DNA of 46,676 nucleotides, taken from an uncultured Staphylococcaceae bacterium. GTDB taxonomy: Bacteria > Bacillota_I > Bacilli_A > RFN20 > CAG-826. Shown one piece after another: positions 9,989 to 19,914 of this stretch. Under the pieces are notes generated by a model. That model worked only from the letters and a program-made list of their open reading frames with translations, made no database searches and was not told where the DNA came from. The stretch covers positions 1-46,676 of the forward strand of contig CAYLSZ010000004.1 in the NCBI GenBank assembly GCA_964386745.1. The letters run 5' to 3'. The first letter of the stretch is position 1. The number at the start of each line of letters is the position of its first letter. The translations under genes and the position numbers were made by a program.

Positions 9989-10585
9989 ATGAGAAACAAA
10001 AAATGGAAACGTTCTAGAAGACTTGGTTTTTCATTAAGTGGAACTGGAAAAGAACTTAAGAAAAGAGTTACTCCTCCAGGTCAACACGGTCACGATAAGG
10101 TCAAATTATCTGAATACGGAAAACAACTTCAAGAAAAACAAAAATTAAGGGATATGTACGGAGTTAACGAAAGACAATTCACCCGTTTATTCTTAATCGC
10201 TAGTAAGAGTAAAGATGTTACCGGTACTGCTTTCTTCCGTATCTTAGAATCAAGACTTGATAACTTAGTTTATCGTTTAGGCTTTGCTTCAACTCGTGCT
10301 CAAGCTAGACAACTCGTCAATCACGGTCATATCTTAGTTAATGGCAAAAAGATCGATATTCCAAGCTATTTATGTAAAGTCAATGACGTCATCTCAGTCA
10401 AAGAAAAATCCAAAAACTTAGTAGTCATTAAAGCCGCTATGGAAGCTAATCCAACTACAGTTAACTATGTCACTCGTGATGATGCAAAATTAAGCGGCGT
10501 CTTTACCCGTTTACCAGAAAGAAACGAACTTCCACAAGATATTAAAGAAGCTCAAATCATCGAGTACTATAACAGAAGATTGTAG
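9989..10585 (+). CDS. rpsD: 30S ribosomal protein S4
   Basis: [41 protein letters not shown]. Confidence 0.98.
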   Translation: MRNKKWKRSRRLGFSLSGTGKELKKRVTPPGQHGHDKVKLSEYGKQLQEKQKLRDMYGVNERQFTRLFLIASKSKDVTGTAFFRILESRLDNLVYRLGFASTRAQARQLVNHGHILVNGKKIDIPSYLCKVNDVISVKEKSKNLVVIKAAMEANPTTVNYVTRDDAKLSGVFTRLPERNELPQDIKEAQIIEYYNRRL

Positions 10586-10608
10586 TTCTCAACTCAATGT
10601 AGCAAAAC

Positions 10609-10640
10609 AAAAACCATCTGCCTCAAACAGATGGTTTTTT
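10609..10640. terminator. Bidirectional intrinsic terminator
   Basis: AAAAACCATCTG-7nt-CAGATGGTTTTT between convergent rpsD and xth. Confidence 0.9.
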
Positions 10641-10642
10641 AT

Positions 10643-11398
10643 TTATAGATTAATTATTAATTCGACTGGACAGTGGTCACTTCCGTATATCTCATTAAGA
10701 ATTTTACTATCGACTAATTTATCTACTAAATTCTCTGAAATAACGAAGTAATCGATACGCCAACCAGCGTTATGTTCACGGGCATGGAATCTATATGACC
10801 ACCAACTATATTTAACAGTGTCTTTATATAAATATCTAAACGAATCGATAAATCCTGCAGAGAGTAATTCGGATAATTTTTCGCGTTCTTCGATAGAAAA
10901 CCCTGCAGATCTCAAGTTATTTTTTGGATTTTTAATATCTATCTCTTCGTGAGCGACATTTAAATCACCACATAAAATTACATGTTTTTGATTCTTTAAA
11001 GACACCAAATAATTACGTAATTTATCTTCATAAACCATTCGATATGGTAGTCGAATGAGTCCTTCTTTTGAGTTAGGACTATAAACATTTACAAGATAAA
11101 ATGTATCAAATTCTAAGGTTATAACGCGCCCTTCATCATTATATTCATCATTGATTCCATAAACCACATTGATAGGTTTAATCTTCGATAAAACTAAAGT
11201 TCCGCTATAACCTTTTTTAATTGCGTTTGAATAATATTGATAAGGATATATTTCCTTAAATTCTATAAAGTCTTCGCTAATTTGCATCTTGGTTTCTTGA
11301 ATGCAAACTATATCGCTAGACTCGTTTAAAATAAATTCTTTTAAACCTTTATTTAATGCGGCACGAATGCCATTTACATTAAAGGAAGTTATCTGCAT
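10643..11398 (-). CDS. xth: Exodeoxyribonuclease III / AP endonuclease
   Basis: SFNVNGIRA, CIQETK, GDLNVAH, GWRIDYF, GSDHCP; start at ATG 11398 (GTG 11404 also possible). Confidence 0.95.
   Translation of the reverse strand: MQITSFNVNGIRAALNKGLKEFILNESSDIVCIQETKMQISEDFIEFKEIYPYQYYSNAIKKGYSGTLVLSKIKPINVVYGINDEYNDEGRVITLEFDTFYLVNVYSPNSKEGLIRLPYRMVYEDKLRNYLVSLKNQKHVILCGDLNVAHEEIDIKNPKNNLRSAGFSIEEREKLSELLSAGFIDSFRYLYKDTVKYSWWSYRFHAREHNAGWRIDYFVISENLVDKLVDSKILNEIYGSDHCPVELIINL
10897..10913 (+). repeat. Dispersed motif copy inside xth (RSAGF frame)
   Basis: Exact AAAACCCTGCAGATCTC; weaker copy at 10849-10865. Confidence 0.9.
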
Positions 11399-12932
11399 CT
11401 TCACCTACTAAGACGGTTAATGTGGCTGTTCCATCAACGATCGAACTAAATTGAACGACAAATTCCATCTCATCATTATTATTGAATTTACCATTATTTA
11501 AATAGTAATAGTCAGTTGGAATAAACATATCTCCTACTTCGAACAAAGAGTCATTTGAAGCGTAATCTGTATTACCATAAGGATAAAAAACAGCATTATC
11601 AGCACTAATAAGTTCGATTAAATTTTCGCCAGTTGACGAGTACCAAATAGAGTTACTCGATCCAACGTCATAAAATACATAATCAGTAGCTTGAATTGAT
11701 TCTAAGTTATCGTGTGTCGTAACATAATCGCCGCCATAACCGTATTGATTGCTAACAAATACCCACTCGATGATTCTTGCATCGACGTGATAGACTAAAA
11801 AACCTTCTTGATCGTACATTTTTGGATAGGTTCCATTAGCAGGACTATAATAATTCGTAGTTGCGTCGAGTTCATTTAAGCCATCTGGAGTATAGTATTG
11901 AATAATTAAATATTCTCCAAAAGCATCATCATAATAGTCGCTACTAGGAATAATAAGAGCGTCGCCAGATTGAGTTAAACTTTCTAAAGTATACATGCCA
12001 CTTTCAGTAACAACAGTTGGATTTAACCATCCTAAAGTATATTTACTAAATGGGTCGTGATCACCAATATTCAATTGTTCCATCATGAGTCCACCGCTAC
12101 AACTATAGTAATAATCATAGTCATAATAGTCTTCTAAACCCATTAAGTGACCGGTTTCATGGATATAGGTATGAGGGTCATATCCGCTACTATTATTATC
12201 ATAAATAAAATCGATCGAAGCATTAGCGTAAACTCTAAATTGAGGATCCTCTACATTTGCAGCATTAGTTTCATCCCATCCGACATAGGCCCAATATTCA
12301 TAGTCATAATATGAACGATTAAGAGCATAAGGTTCGGCGTAAATAAACCAAACGCCATCGATGTAACCATTTTCATCGATATCAAAATCGGTATAATCGA
12401 TAGCTTCTCCATCAATTGTAAGAGAATCTCTACATTCAGCAATTAAATTTGAAACACCGATTGCGCTATCGTAGCCAAGTCTTTCATATCCAAGTTCATA
12501 AAGGACAAATAAATCATCAGTCATTGATGAAGTATAGACATCAGTCATAACAAAGTTGAGATTTAATTTGCCATAACTTGATTCTTGGTAGTAGCTTGAA
12601 ACACTTTCCCAATATGGGGTCGTTCCATCTTCATAATAGCCATTAAAAGTGGCGTCGAGTTTTTCTAATTCGTTGTCAGTAAAACTAGCTCCACCCGCAA
12701 ATTGGACAGGAACAACTAAGACATTTACATCACCAGTGCTTGATAGATACTCTTGATATAAAGAAGCGTCTTCCCAAGTATCGTAAGTCATGTAATCGTA
12801 ACTTGGTTTTTGTTGTTCTACCTCTTGTACCGAATCTGGTTCTGGTTCAGGCTCAGGTTCTTCTGTAACATCGCAAGCAGTAATACCCGCGAGGCTACAT
12901 AAAAGTGTGCCTAAAAGAAATATTTTTTTCAT
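11379..12932 (-). CDS. M6 (immune inhibitor A-like) zinc metalloprotease, lipoprotein
   Basis: Lipobox ITAC; VLVVPVQF, SVSSYYQESSYGKL, HETGHLMGLEDYYD, PFSKYTLGW. Confidence 0.85.
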   Translation of the reverse strand: MKKIFLLGTLLCSLAGITACDVTEEPEPEPEPDSVQEVEQQKPSYDYMTYDTWEDASLYQEYLSSTGDVNVLVVPVQFAGGASFTDNELEKLDATFNGYYEDGTTPYWESVSSYYQESSYGKLNLNFVMTDVYTSSMTDDLFVLYELGYERLGYDSAIGVSNLIAECRDSLTIDGEAIDYTDFDIDENGYIDGVWFIYAEPYALNRSYYDYEYWAYVGWDETNAANVEDPQFRVYANASIDFIYDNNSSGYDPHTYIHETGHLMGLEDYYDYDYYYSCSGGLMMEQLNIGDHDPFSKYTLGWLNPTVVTESGMYTLESLTQSGDALIIPSSDYYDDAFGEYLIIQYYTPDGLNELDATTNYYSPANGTYPKMYDQEGFLVYHVDARIIEWVFVSNQYGYGGDYVTTHDNLESIQATDYVFYDVGSSNSIWYSSTGENLIELISADNAVFYPYGNTDYASNDSLFEVGDMFIPTDYYYLNNGKFNNNDEMEFVVQFSSIVDGTATLTVLVGEDADNFL

Positions 12933-12963
12933 TAATTACTTTTCTCCTTTTTTTGAAAAAATA

Positions 12964-14214
12964 TTAGACTTCTGCAGGGAAATAATTCTTTTTCCCGCGT
13001 TTTATAATTAAATATTTACCGTGAAGTAAATCAGATTTTGTAAATATTTTCATCGCATCTTGACACTTTTCGCCGTTAACTAAGACCGCTCCGTTTTTAA
13101 TAAATTCACGAGCTTCACGTTTACTAGTAGCGGCTTTCACATCGATTAATAAATCTTCTAAAGGTTTAGAAATATCAATCTTAATACTTGTATTAGCAAA
13201 TACGTCGTCGAGTTGTTTTAAACTCAAGGTATTGAATTCGCCTTTAAATAAAGCTTCGGTCATTCTTATAGCTTCATTAGCTTCTTCTTCGCCATGAATT
13301 ATTTTAGTAACTTCATAAGCAAGACGCTTTTGACCGATACGAGCGCCTAAATTAGCGAAATGCTCTTTAGCAATTTTTTCAATTTCTTCTTTGGTTAAGA
13401 AAGTGAAGATTTTTAGATACTTGATCGCATCTTCATCGCTTTGATTGATGAAGAATTGATACATTTTATATGGAGAGACTAGCTCTTTATCTAGATAAAT
13501 CGCTCCTTCTTCGCTTTTTCCAAATTTTTTACCATCACTTCTAGTGACAAGTTTAGCAGTCATACATTCAGCATCCGAATCAGGACCATTAACTTTACGG
13601 ATATAATCGAGTCCAGCCGTTAAATTGCCCCATTGATCGCCGCCACCGATTTGAATCTTACAACCATATTCAGTATATAGTTTATAAAAGTCGTACGATT
13701 GAAGCGTCATATAGGTAAATTCAGTTAATGAAATACCAGTTTGAAGTCTAGATGCGACGACATCTTTACTTAACATATAGTTGATACTGAAATTTTTACC
13801 AACATCGCGAAGGTATTCGATAAGACTCATCTTGCCTAACCAGTCGTAATTATTTATTAATATGCCCTTATCAGGTGAAGATAAATCGATAAATTTTTCG
13901 AGTTGCTTACGGATTAAATCGACGTTATGCTCGATATCTTCTGCGGTTAAGAAGCTTCTTTCTTTACTTTTTCCGCTAGGATCACCGATCATTCCAGTTC
14001 CGCCACCAACGACAGCGATAACTTTATGGCCAGCTCTTTGTAATCTCATTAAAATCGAGATCATAACGAAGTTACCGATATGCAAACTCGTTGCAGTTGG
14101 ATCGAAGCCACAATATATCGTTTGAGGAGTTTTTAATAATTCGCGGATAGCTTCTTTATTAGAAAAGTTATCAATTAATCCGCGATATTCTAAATCACTT
14201 ACTATATCAAACAT
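12964..14214 (-). CDS. tyrS: Tyrosine--tRNA ligase
   Basis: YCGFDPTATSLHIGN, QIGGGDQWGN, KFGKS, C-terminal S4-like domain. Confidence 0.98.
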   Translation of the reverse strand: MFDIVSDLEYRGLIDNFSNKEAIRELLKTPQTIYCGFDPTATSLHIGNFVMISILMRLQRAGHKVIAVVGGGTGMIGDPSGKSKERSFLTAEDIEHNVDLIRKQLEKFIDLSSPDKGILINNYDWLGKMSLIEYLRDVGKNFSINYMLSKDVVASRLQTGISLTEFTYMTLQSYDFYKLYTEYGCKIQIGGGDQWGNLTAGLDYIRKVNGPDSDAECMTAKLVTRSDGKKFGKSEEGAIYLDKELVSPYKMYQFFINQSDEDAIKYLKIFTFLTKEEIEKIAKEHFANLGARIGQKRLAYEVTKIIHGEEEANEAIRMTEALFKGEFNTLSLKQLDDVFANTSIKIDISKPLEDLLIDVKAATSKREAREFIKNGAVLVNGEKCQDAMKIFTKSDLLHGKYLIIKRGKKNYFPAEV

Positions 14215-14223
14215 ATTTTCTCC

Positions 14224-14934
14224 TTAATCTCGATATTTTATATAGGTCAAGCGACCCATTTCATCTTCTTGAACGACGTTAATAATTTGTGATTTTGAAA
14301 TAACTTCCGTTTCTTTTGTGCGCCATTCAATTAAGACATGTTCTTCATCAATCTTTTTCATGAATTTGCCAATGTGATGTTTGCCGTTTTCTACTTGGAC
14401 TAAATCTCCAACATTTAATCCATAAGAGATAATGCAGCAAGTTGGTAAACCAAGCGTTTTATATCCTTTTAAACTTCTAAGTTCAATTAAGAATAAACCC
14501 ATAATAGCGGTTCCGCCACTACGCTCGACGAGCTTTCTCATCGCTAAGGCGCTTCCTCCAGTAGCGATTAAATCATCCATAATGATTACTCGATCACCTG
14601 GTTTTATAGAGCCTTCAGGAATTTCTATAGTCGCTGTCCCATATTCCAAATTATACGTTTCTTGTAAACCGACAACAGGTAACTTACCAGCTTTTCTAGC
14701 AATGACTAAGCCTTTATTGTTCATACTGGCAAGTGGGGCACCAAAAATAAATCCGCGACTTTCAGCGCAGATTATCTTGTCCCATTTATCGTATTCTGGA
14801 AGGACTTTATTTAAGTCCATAATCGCTTGATGGAAGGCATCACCATTTCCAAGTAAAGGCGTAATGTCTCTAAATTTGATTCCTTTTATAGGATAATCAT
14901 TGATTGTTCTAATAAATTTTTCGTACGTATCCAT
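14224..14934 (-). CDS. apt: Adenine phosphoribosyltransferase with C-terminal extension
   Basis: DYPIKGIKFRDITPLL, ESRGFIFG, RKAGKLP, LEYG, MDDLIATGGS. Confidence 0.93.
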   Translation of the reverse strand: MDTYEKFIRTINDYPIKGIKFRDITPLLGNGDAFHQAIMDLNKVLPEYDKWDKIICAESRGFIFGAPLASMNNKGLVIARKAGKLPVVGLQETYNLEYGTATIEIPEGSIKPGDRVIIMDDLIATGGSALAMRKLVERSGGTAIMGLFLIELRSLKGYKTLGLPTCCIISYGLNVGDLVQVENGKHHIGKFMKKIDEEHVLIEWRTKETEVISKSQIINVVQEDEMGRLTYIKYRD

Positions 14935-14937
14935 AAA

Positions 14938-14954
14938 ATAACCCTGCAGATCTC
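14938..14954 (+). repeat. Dispersed motif copy in ccpA-apt gap
   Basis: ATAACCCTGCAGATCTC followed by CACTATTTTTTT. Confidence 0.9.
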
Positions 14955-14964
14955 CACTATTTTT

Positions 14965-15963
14965 TTAAAATTTTGTCGAATCACGTTTTGTATATTGTGA
15001 TTCAAATCTATATTCTTTTTCGTATAAACAATCGTTAATTAAATCTATTAACATCAAGATGGCACGCTTACCAACTTCGTTCATATTGATGTACATATTT
15101 GTGATTTGTGGACGAAGAATCGATGAATATTTCGTTCCGATAATCGATAAGACTTCGATATCTTGAGGAACGTTGAGTCCACTATCATAAGCTGCATTAA
15201 GTACAGCTGCTGCGATCGAATCACGATAAGCAATGATATATTCTTTACGTTTCGTTTTAAATCTTTCCATGAAATCGTGATAGGTGCGATTGTATGAATC
15301 ATCACAGTTCGTAATAGTATATTCGCGATCGTTTTCTAAGTGAGTTTTAATAAAGACATTTTCAACTCTCGAAAGTAAGCGACCACCATTATGAACGTGA
15401 AGGAAGTTCATTGTCTTATCACCTTTTGCTAGATAGTCTTGAATAATTTGTTTCATCAAGTGGTCGTATCCAAAATGAATCGATCCGATATGACTTGCGA
15501 TAACTTTATTATTTACGACGATAACTGGAACGCTATATTGCTCGCAGATTTGTAAATCAGAACTATTAAGTTCATCATCGAATACAATTACACCATCGAC
15601 GTGCGAGGTAATAACTTTTTCTAGCATCGCTAAAGCGTCTTCTCTACTATGCGAAGTCGTATATAAACTAACGGTGAAGCCTTTATTCTTACAAACTTCG
15701 GTTATACCATTAAGCATATTCGAGATATAGACATAGTTGGCACTAGGAATAATAACTCCAATATTGGTGGTTTTATTCGTAGCTAAAGCTTGAGCAAGAC
15801 CACTAGGTTTATAACCAAGCTTTTTAATAACGTTTAAAACTTTACGCTTCGTTTCAGGCTTAACGTTTTCAGCGTTATTGATGACACGGCTAACAGTCGC
15901 TAGCGATACGCCGCTAACTTTTGCAACTTCATAAATCGTTACACGTTCTTTCAAATTGTCCAT
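14965..15963 (-). CDS. ccpA: LacI family regulator, CcpA-like
   Basis: VTIYEVAKVSGVSLATVSRVIN..NVKPETKRKV HTH; next to ytpR as in other Bacilli. Confidence 0.75.
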   Translation of the reverse strand: MDNLKERVTIYEVAKVSGVSLATVSRVINNAENVKPETKRKVLNVIKKLGYKPSGLAQALATNKTTNIGVIIPSANYVYISNMLNGITEVCKNKGFTVSLYTTSHSREDALAMLEKVITSHVDGVIVFDDELNSSDLQICEQYSVPVIVVNNKVIASHIGSIHFGYDHLMKQIIQDYLAKGDKTMNFLHVHNGGRLLSRVENVFIKTHLENDREYTITNCDDSYNRTYHDFMERFKTKRKEYIIAYRDSIAAAVLNAAYDSGLNVPQDIEVLSIIGTKYSSILRPQITNMYINMNEVGKRAILMLIDLINDCLYEKEYRFESQYTKRDSTKF

Positions 15964-16083
15964 GCCGCTATTTTATCATTTTAAAAATATAAATAAAGAA
16001 AAAACGCGAAAATAATTTTCATAGAAATTTATTAGATATAATCTAATAAAAATGACATTTTTTGAAAATTATAATCGCAAATT

Positions 16084-16101
16084 TATGAAAATATTTTCAT
16101 A
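16084..16101. promoter_or_regulatory. LacI/cre-like palindromic operator candidate
   Basis: Perfect palindrome TATGAAAATATTTTCATA upstream of the LacI-family gene. Confidence 0.4.
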
Positions 16102-16713
16102 TTAATCGATGGCGAAAAAATCGTCACCGACTTTATATTCAGTTTCGTCTAATTCGATTAATCCAGGTTTATTTAATTCGCCTTCAAGAGCAAGTTCTTT
16201 CCCACTACATAGCATTCCATAGCTTTCAATTCCTAAAAGTTTATTAGGAACGATTTGTTTTCCGCTAGGAAGATAGGCATAAGGTAAAGCTAAAACAGTA
16301 AGTAAACCAAGTCGAGCATTTTTTGCTCCACACACAACTTGAAGTACTTCTTTTCCATTATCGACCTTACAAATATGAAGATGTTCGCTATCAGGATGTT
16401 CTTCTATTTCAATAATTTTACTTACGATAAAGCCGCTATTATCAAGCTTTGGTAAAGCCTCTAATCCAGCATTGATAAGAATGTTATTTATAACTTTTAA
16501 AACACTATCATTAAGTAAAGGTATATAACCTTTAGCTTTAATTTTTATAATCTTCGAAATATTAAAAATATTGATACCAACTAAAGTTTCGTCTTTATAT
16601 AAAGCGACGACGTCGCCATTTTTAACCTCCTGATTAGGAATAATCGTACCTTCAATAACTATAAATAAGATATCACCTAAGGTTTGGTGATTATAATACA
16701 TTGCGTAACGCAT
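16102..16713 (-). CDS. ytpR: YtpR family tRNA-binding protein
   Basis: N-terminal DUF4479-like region, HPDSEHLHIC, QVVCGAKN, SYGMLCS. Confidence 0.88.
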   Translation of the reverse strand: MRYAMYYNHQTLGDILFIVIEGTIIPNQEVKNGDVVALYKDETLVGINIFNISKIIKIKAKGYIPLLNDSVLKVINNILINAGLEALPKLDNSGFIVSKIIEIEEHPDSEHLHICKVDNGKEVLQVVCGAKNARLGLLTVLALPYAYLPSGKQIVPNKLLGIESYGMLCSGKELALEGELNKPGLIELDETEYKVGDDFFAID

Positions 16714-17786
16714 TAAAATTTCCTCTTAAATTCTTCAATTAATTCATTATTGAGCTCACTAAGCATAACTAATAACGAATTTTTAGCATCAATATAGTCA
16801 CTAATTCTCATGAGCGAGCTAGGAGTATGAATACTTCTAGCGCATATACAATGCGTTAAAGTTGCGATTCCACCAAGCGCTTTATGGATCGCTCCTGCAT
16901 CAGTTCCTCCAGGTGAATCAAAAAATTGATATTTACCACCTGACTTTCTAACAGCATACATTTGAAATTCAAGTAATTTTCTATTGGCTATCATCGAATT
17001 ATCAAAATATCTAATCAAAACTCCGTTTCCAATACTTCCTAGTTCAGTAGGATGAGTCGAATCTTTTGCAGGCGAACAATCTAAAACTATACATAAATCA
17101 GGTTGAATAGTATTGGCACTAGTTATAGCTCCTCGACATCCAACTTCTTCTTGAACGCTCGCCCCGACATATAAGTCGTATGGTAATTCTTTATTAATTA
17201 ATTCATGCAAAATATCTAATCCTAAAATGCAACCATAACGGTTATCTATAGCTTTTGAAATAATGCTTTCTTCATCGTATGTATATTTAAATGGCCCATC
17301 GCAAACAATCGGATTGCCAATTTCAATACCAAAATCTATCGCTGCTTGTTTATTTTTAAATCCAAAATCAAATAAGAGATCGTCTTTACTAACTTTACCT
17401 GCATCTTTTAATAAATGAGGGGCAATGCAATCGATTGTTCCATCGATTTTTCTATTATCGAAAGTTTTAAGGATGACTCTATTACAAGATAAGCTATTTA
17501 AATTATGGCCACCGATTGGATTAACTTTGATCATGCCATTTTCTAAAATATTGGCCACTAAAAATCCAACTTCGTCCATATGAGCGATGACTAAAACTTT
17601 TTTAGCAAACGTATTTTTAGATTTTTTAAGTCCAAAAATAGAACCTAAGTTATCTTTAACTATCGCAAGTCCGAGATTTTTATATTCTTCGAGTAAATAT
17701 TTAGCAACTTCATTTTCAAAACCACTTACTCCATGAAGTTGAGTGATTTCTTCAAAATATTTTTCCTCTAAACTATTTAATTTCAT
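16713..17786 (-). CDS. M42 family (glutamyl) aminopeptidase
   Basis: GVSGFE, AHMDEVG, KAIDNRYG, QEEVGCRGA, GGTDAG. Confidence 0.93.
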   Translation of the reverse strand: MKLNSLEEKYFEEITQLHGVSGFENEVAKYLLEEYKNLGLAIVKDNLGSIFGLKKSKNTFAKKVLVIAHMDEVGFLVANILENGMIKVNPIGGHNLNSLSCNRVILKTFDNRKIDGTIDCIAPHLLKDAGKVSKDDLLFDFGFKNKQAAIDFGIEIGNPIVCDGPFKYTYDEESIISKAIDNRYGCILGLDILHELINKELPYDLYVGASVQEEVGCRGAITSANTIQPDLCIVLDCSPAKDSTHPTELGSIGNGVLIRYFDNSMIANRKLLEFQMYAVRKSGGKYQFFDSPGGTDAGAIHKALGGIATLTHCICARSIHTPSSLMRISDYIDAKNSLLVMLSELNNELIEEFKRKF

Positions 17787-18432
17787 ATAGCGTCCCCTCT
17801 ACTTTTTGAATGATAAATCGCTTGATTTTCGTGCCCTTATCGATGAATTTTTGTTCATATTCACTATAAGCATCGAATTCATCGTCTTCTTTATAATCCT
17901 CATTATTATATAAAAACTTGTAATTAAATTTTACTGCTTGTTCATAGCTAAATTCATAGAATTTATCGTTATCCGTTTTGAGATATATATTGTGATTCAT
18001 TTTGAGAACTTTATAGTAAGCTTTCAAGAAATCATCGCTAGTTAGACGGCGTTTCGTATGACGTTTTTTAGGCCATGGGTCGCTGAAATTTAAAAATACG
18101 CCATCGAAAAATTCTTTTTCGACCACCTCGGCTAATTTATAAAAATCGCACGAGATGAGATAAACATTATCGAGATTAGCTTCATCGATTTTCTTTAAAC
18201 AAATTCCACTAATAGTTTTATTAAGTTCACAAACTACAAAATTGATATCAGGATTTTTTCTAGCCATTTCTAGTATAAATTTGCCTTTACCAGGACCAAT
18301 TTCTAGATATATAGGCTTATTCGATTTAAGAAAAGAATGTAAATTTTCTTTATTAAAATCGCTCAACATAAATTGATGAGCGAAATTATTATTTAAATAA
18401 TCGATATATTTTTGGTTATATTTAACGCGCAT
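17773..18432 (-). CDS. trmB: tRNA (guanine-N7)-methyltransferase
   Basis: LEIGPGKGKF, LNFSDPWPKKRHTKRRLT, KTDN. Confidence 0.96.
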   Translation of the reverse strand: MRVKYNQKYIDYLNNNFAHQFMLSDFNKENLHSFLKSNKPIYLEIGPGKGKFILEMARKNPDINFVVCELNKTISGICLKKIDEANLDNVYLISCDFYKLAEVVEKEFFDGVFLNFSDPWPKKRHTKRRLTSDDFLKAYYKVLKMNHNIYLKTDNDKFYEFSYEQAVKFNYKFLYNNEDYKEDDEFDAYSEYEQKFIDKGTKIKRFIIQKVEGTLYEIK

Positions 18433-19790
18433 TATTTAAGTTTTCCTAAAGCGTCGATGGCGTGAGCATATAAACTCATTGAAGTGAAGAAATCTTCGAG
18501 ATCAATTTTCTCATTCTCTTCATGAATGTGGTCTTCTTTACCAGGGAAATGACTTCCAAAAGCGACAGTATTTTTGGCTTCTTTAGCGTAAGTTCCTCCG
18601 CCAATCGTCATTGGTTTATTTTCTAAATCGTTAGTTTCATCGACATAAACTTTATATAAAGTTTGGATGAATGGAGTATTTATATCGTAATAAAGGCAAG
18701 GCAAGGTCGACTCAACTTTGATTTCAAAACAACTATTTTTCTTAATAGTTTCAATCGTTTCATCGATATTCAAAGTCTCAGGATATCTAAAGTTGACTAC
18801 CATATTAAATTTCTCGCCATCATAGTTAATGATGCCGACATTAACAGTCGTTTCACCCATAGCTTCACTATTTTGATAGATTCCTAAACCTTTGCCATTA
18901 ACATCGTTATATTGTTCAAAAATGTCTTTAAATTCAGCGATATTAAAGACGTCAGCTAAAACTTTTAAGGCGATAATTCCGCTATTTTTACCTAAATTTG
19001 GTAATGAGCCGTGAGCACTTTTTCCAATAAAGTTGATAGTTACAGTTTTATTATCTTCAGCTAAGATTTCTTTTTTGATACAACATTTTTCATTTAAATA
19101 GGCTTTAAGTTCAGGCGTATTTGCACACTTTACAATAGCACTATCTATAACTGAATTTGAGGCAACTCCGGCTTTAATTTCATAGACATATGGATTAGCA
19201 AATTTCTTACTAACTTCATAATTAGTGATACCTTTTTCGCCATAAATTAATGGGAAATCACCATCAGGAGTAAAGCCATATTTTGGGGCAGGTTTCTTTA
19301 AAGTATCGAAGTAATAATTTAGACATGAAGATCCTCTTTCTTCATCTCCACCAAAGACTAATTTGACATTATAGCCATTAATTAAGCCATTATCTTTTAA
19401 TGCTTTCAAAGCATAATAAGCAGCGATTCCTGGACCTTTATCGTCACTAGTTCCGCGACCATATAATTTATCGTCATCTATCACTGCATCCCATGCACCA
19501 AATTTCCAATTTCCGGTGACTGGAACAGTATCTAAATGAGCAAAAATTCCAACATATTCTTCGCCTTCTCCATAAGAAATTTCGATACATCTATTGTCGC
19601 ATCTATCGACATTAAAGCCGTCTTTTAAAGCTAAGTCATTCATGAACTTCATAGCGTTTTCAACGCCTTGTCCATAAGGCGCATTTTCATTAATCGTCGA
19701 AGCATCATAAACACTATTTATGCGTATCAATTCTTGCAAAGTTTTGAGTGCTTCTTCTTCATAATTTTTAACTATTTTTTTATAATCCAT
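18432..19790 (-). CDS. pepV: M20 family dipeptidase (PepV/Sapep)
   Basis: HLDTVP, GRGTSDDKGP, DEERG, PDGDFPLIYGEKG, GGGTYAK. Confidence 0.9.
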   Translation of the reverse strand: MDYKKIVKNYEEEALKTLQELIRINSVYDASTINENAPYGQGVENAMKFMNDLALKDGFNVDRCDNRCIEISYGEGEEYVGIFAHLDTVPVTGNWKFGAWDAVIDDDKLYGRGTSDDKGPGIAAYYALKALKDNGLINGYNVKLVFGGDEERGSSCLNYYFDTLKKPAPKYGFTPDGDFPLIYGEKGITNYEVSKKFANPYVYEIKAGVASNSVIDSAIVKCANTPELKAYLNEKCCIKKEILAEDNKTVTINFIGKSAHGSLPNLGKNSGIIALKVLADVFNIAEFKDIFEQYNDVNGKGLGIYQNSEAMGETTVNVGIINYDGEKFNMVVNFRYPETLNIDETIETIKKNSCFEIKVESTLPCLYYDINTPFIQTLYKVYVDETNDLENKPMTIGGGTYAKEAKNTVAFGSHFPGKEDHIHEENEKIDLEDFFTSMSLYAHAIDALGKLK

Positions 19791-19873
19791 AAGTTTAATT
19801 CTCCATTCGTTTTATATTGTATCACTATATAAATTTCTTAGTGTGGAATATGCACTTTTTTATAAAAATATTG

Positions 19874-19890
19874 GGGTTCTGCAGGGTTTT
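19874..19890 (-). repeat. Dispersed motif copy (intergenic)
   Basis: Minus strand AAAACCCTGCAGAACCC. Confidence 0.85.
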
Positions 19891-19914
19891 ACCTAAAAAA
19901 CGAGGGTTTTTCAT

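Noticed and set aside
12836-12863. EPEPEPEP repeat in M6 protease
   Set aside because: Short lipoprotein linker with varied codons; not a phase-variable tract.
14214-14224. T-box upstream of tyrS
   Set aside because: Only a 9-bp gap after apt; no T-box motif.
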